Of a stretch of DNA of 64,000 nt, positions 63,669 to 64,000 are shown one piece after another (position 1 is the stretch's first letter; every line of letters starts with the position of its first letter). The notes beneath the pieces are model-generated. The model was not told the DNA's origin. It saw nothing but the letters and a program-made list of their open reading frames with translations, and ran no database searches. Source of the stretch: Calditrichales bacterium (lineage in GTDB: Bacteria; Calditrichota; Calditrichia; Calditrichales; J004); contig OZ254086.1 in the NCBI GenBank assembly GCA_965267575.1, positions 576,001 to 640,000 of the forward strand, in the 5' to 3' direction. Made by a program: the position numbers and the translations under genes.

Positions 63669-64000
63669 CTACTTGAGTTCTACGCTTCCGCCAACTTCTT
63701 CGAGCTGCTTCTTTATATCTTCAGCTTCTGCTTTGGCAACACCTTCTTTAACAGGTTTCGGTGCACCGTCAACCAGGTCTTTGGCTTCTTTCAGACCAAG
63801 GCCGGTAAGGGCGCGAACAACTTTGATAACCTGAATTTTCTTGTCGCCGGCAGCGGTAAGAACAACATCGAATTCATCTTTTTCTTCTGCTGCAGCAGCG
63901 GCGTCACCACCACCGGCAACAGGTCCGGCAGCCATCGCTACAGGAGCAGCAGCCGTAACACCAAATTTGTCTTCGATTTCCTTAATCAGCTCGGATATCT
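63669..64000 (-). CDS. rplL: 50S ribosomal protein L7/L12 (5' end beyond the window)
   Basis: ...[19 protein letters not shown]..., [21 protein letters not shown]. Confidence 0.97.
   Translation of the reverse strand, partial: ISELIKEIEDKFGVTAAAPVAMAAGPVAGGGDAAAAAEEKDEFDVVLTAAGDKKIQVIKVVRALTGLGLKEAKDLVDGAPKPVKEGVAKAEAEDIKKQLEEVGGSVELK

Overview
Bacterial chromosomal window. The gene content and order (T9SS type-A-like C-terminal sorting tails; contiguous rpoBC-rpsL-rpsG-fusA-tuf-S10-spc-alpha) point to an FCB-group organism, plausibly Calditrichota/Ignavibacteria-like; this taxonomy is inference only. The right 26 kb (37.6-64 kb, minus strand) is the ordinary ribosomal protein / RNA polymerase super-cluster. 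The left 37 kb is accessory. It holds: (i) a partial MEMO-family gene, missed by the ORF track, whose metal-site motifs are altered; (ii) four tandem paralogous secreted proteins with divergent N-terminal domains and mosaic, homogenised C-terminal modules, preceded by a structured, switch-like leader; (iii) an AmgK-like kinase fused to a RapZ C-terminal domain, plus a MurU-like nucleotidyltransferase; (iv) housekeeping genes (DAACS symporter, purU, rocD, SDR, DUF502, GT4, dNK); (v) a 1275-aa LVIVD + ten-Ig-repeat protein; (vi) a tightly packed apparent operon GHL10-hutU-ParA-(wHTH/acidic/REC)-CheW-MCP-multi-Hpt CheA-(beta-helix/TonB_C), i.e. a Chp/Pil-type chemosensory system with no cheR/cheB in the window and unusual partners. 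I saw no rRNA, tRNA, CRISPR, transposase, integrase or reverse transcriptase. All assignments come from motif recognition by eye; no searches were run.
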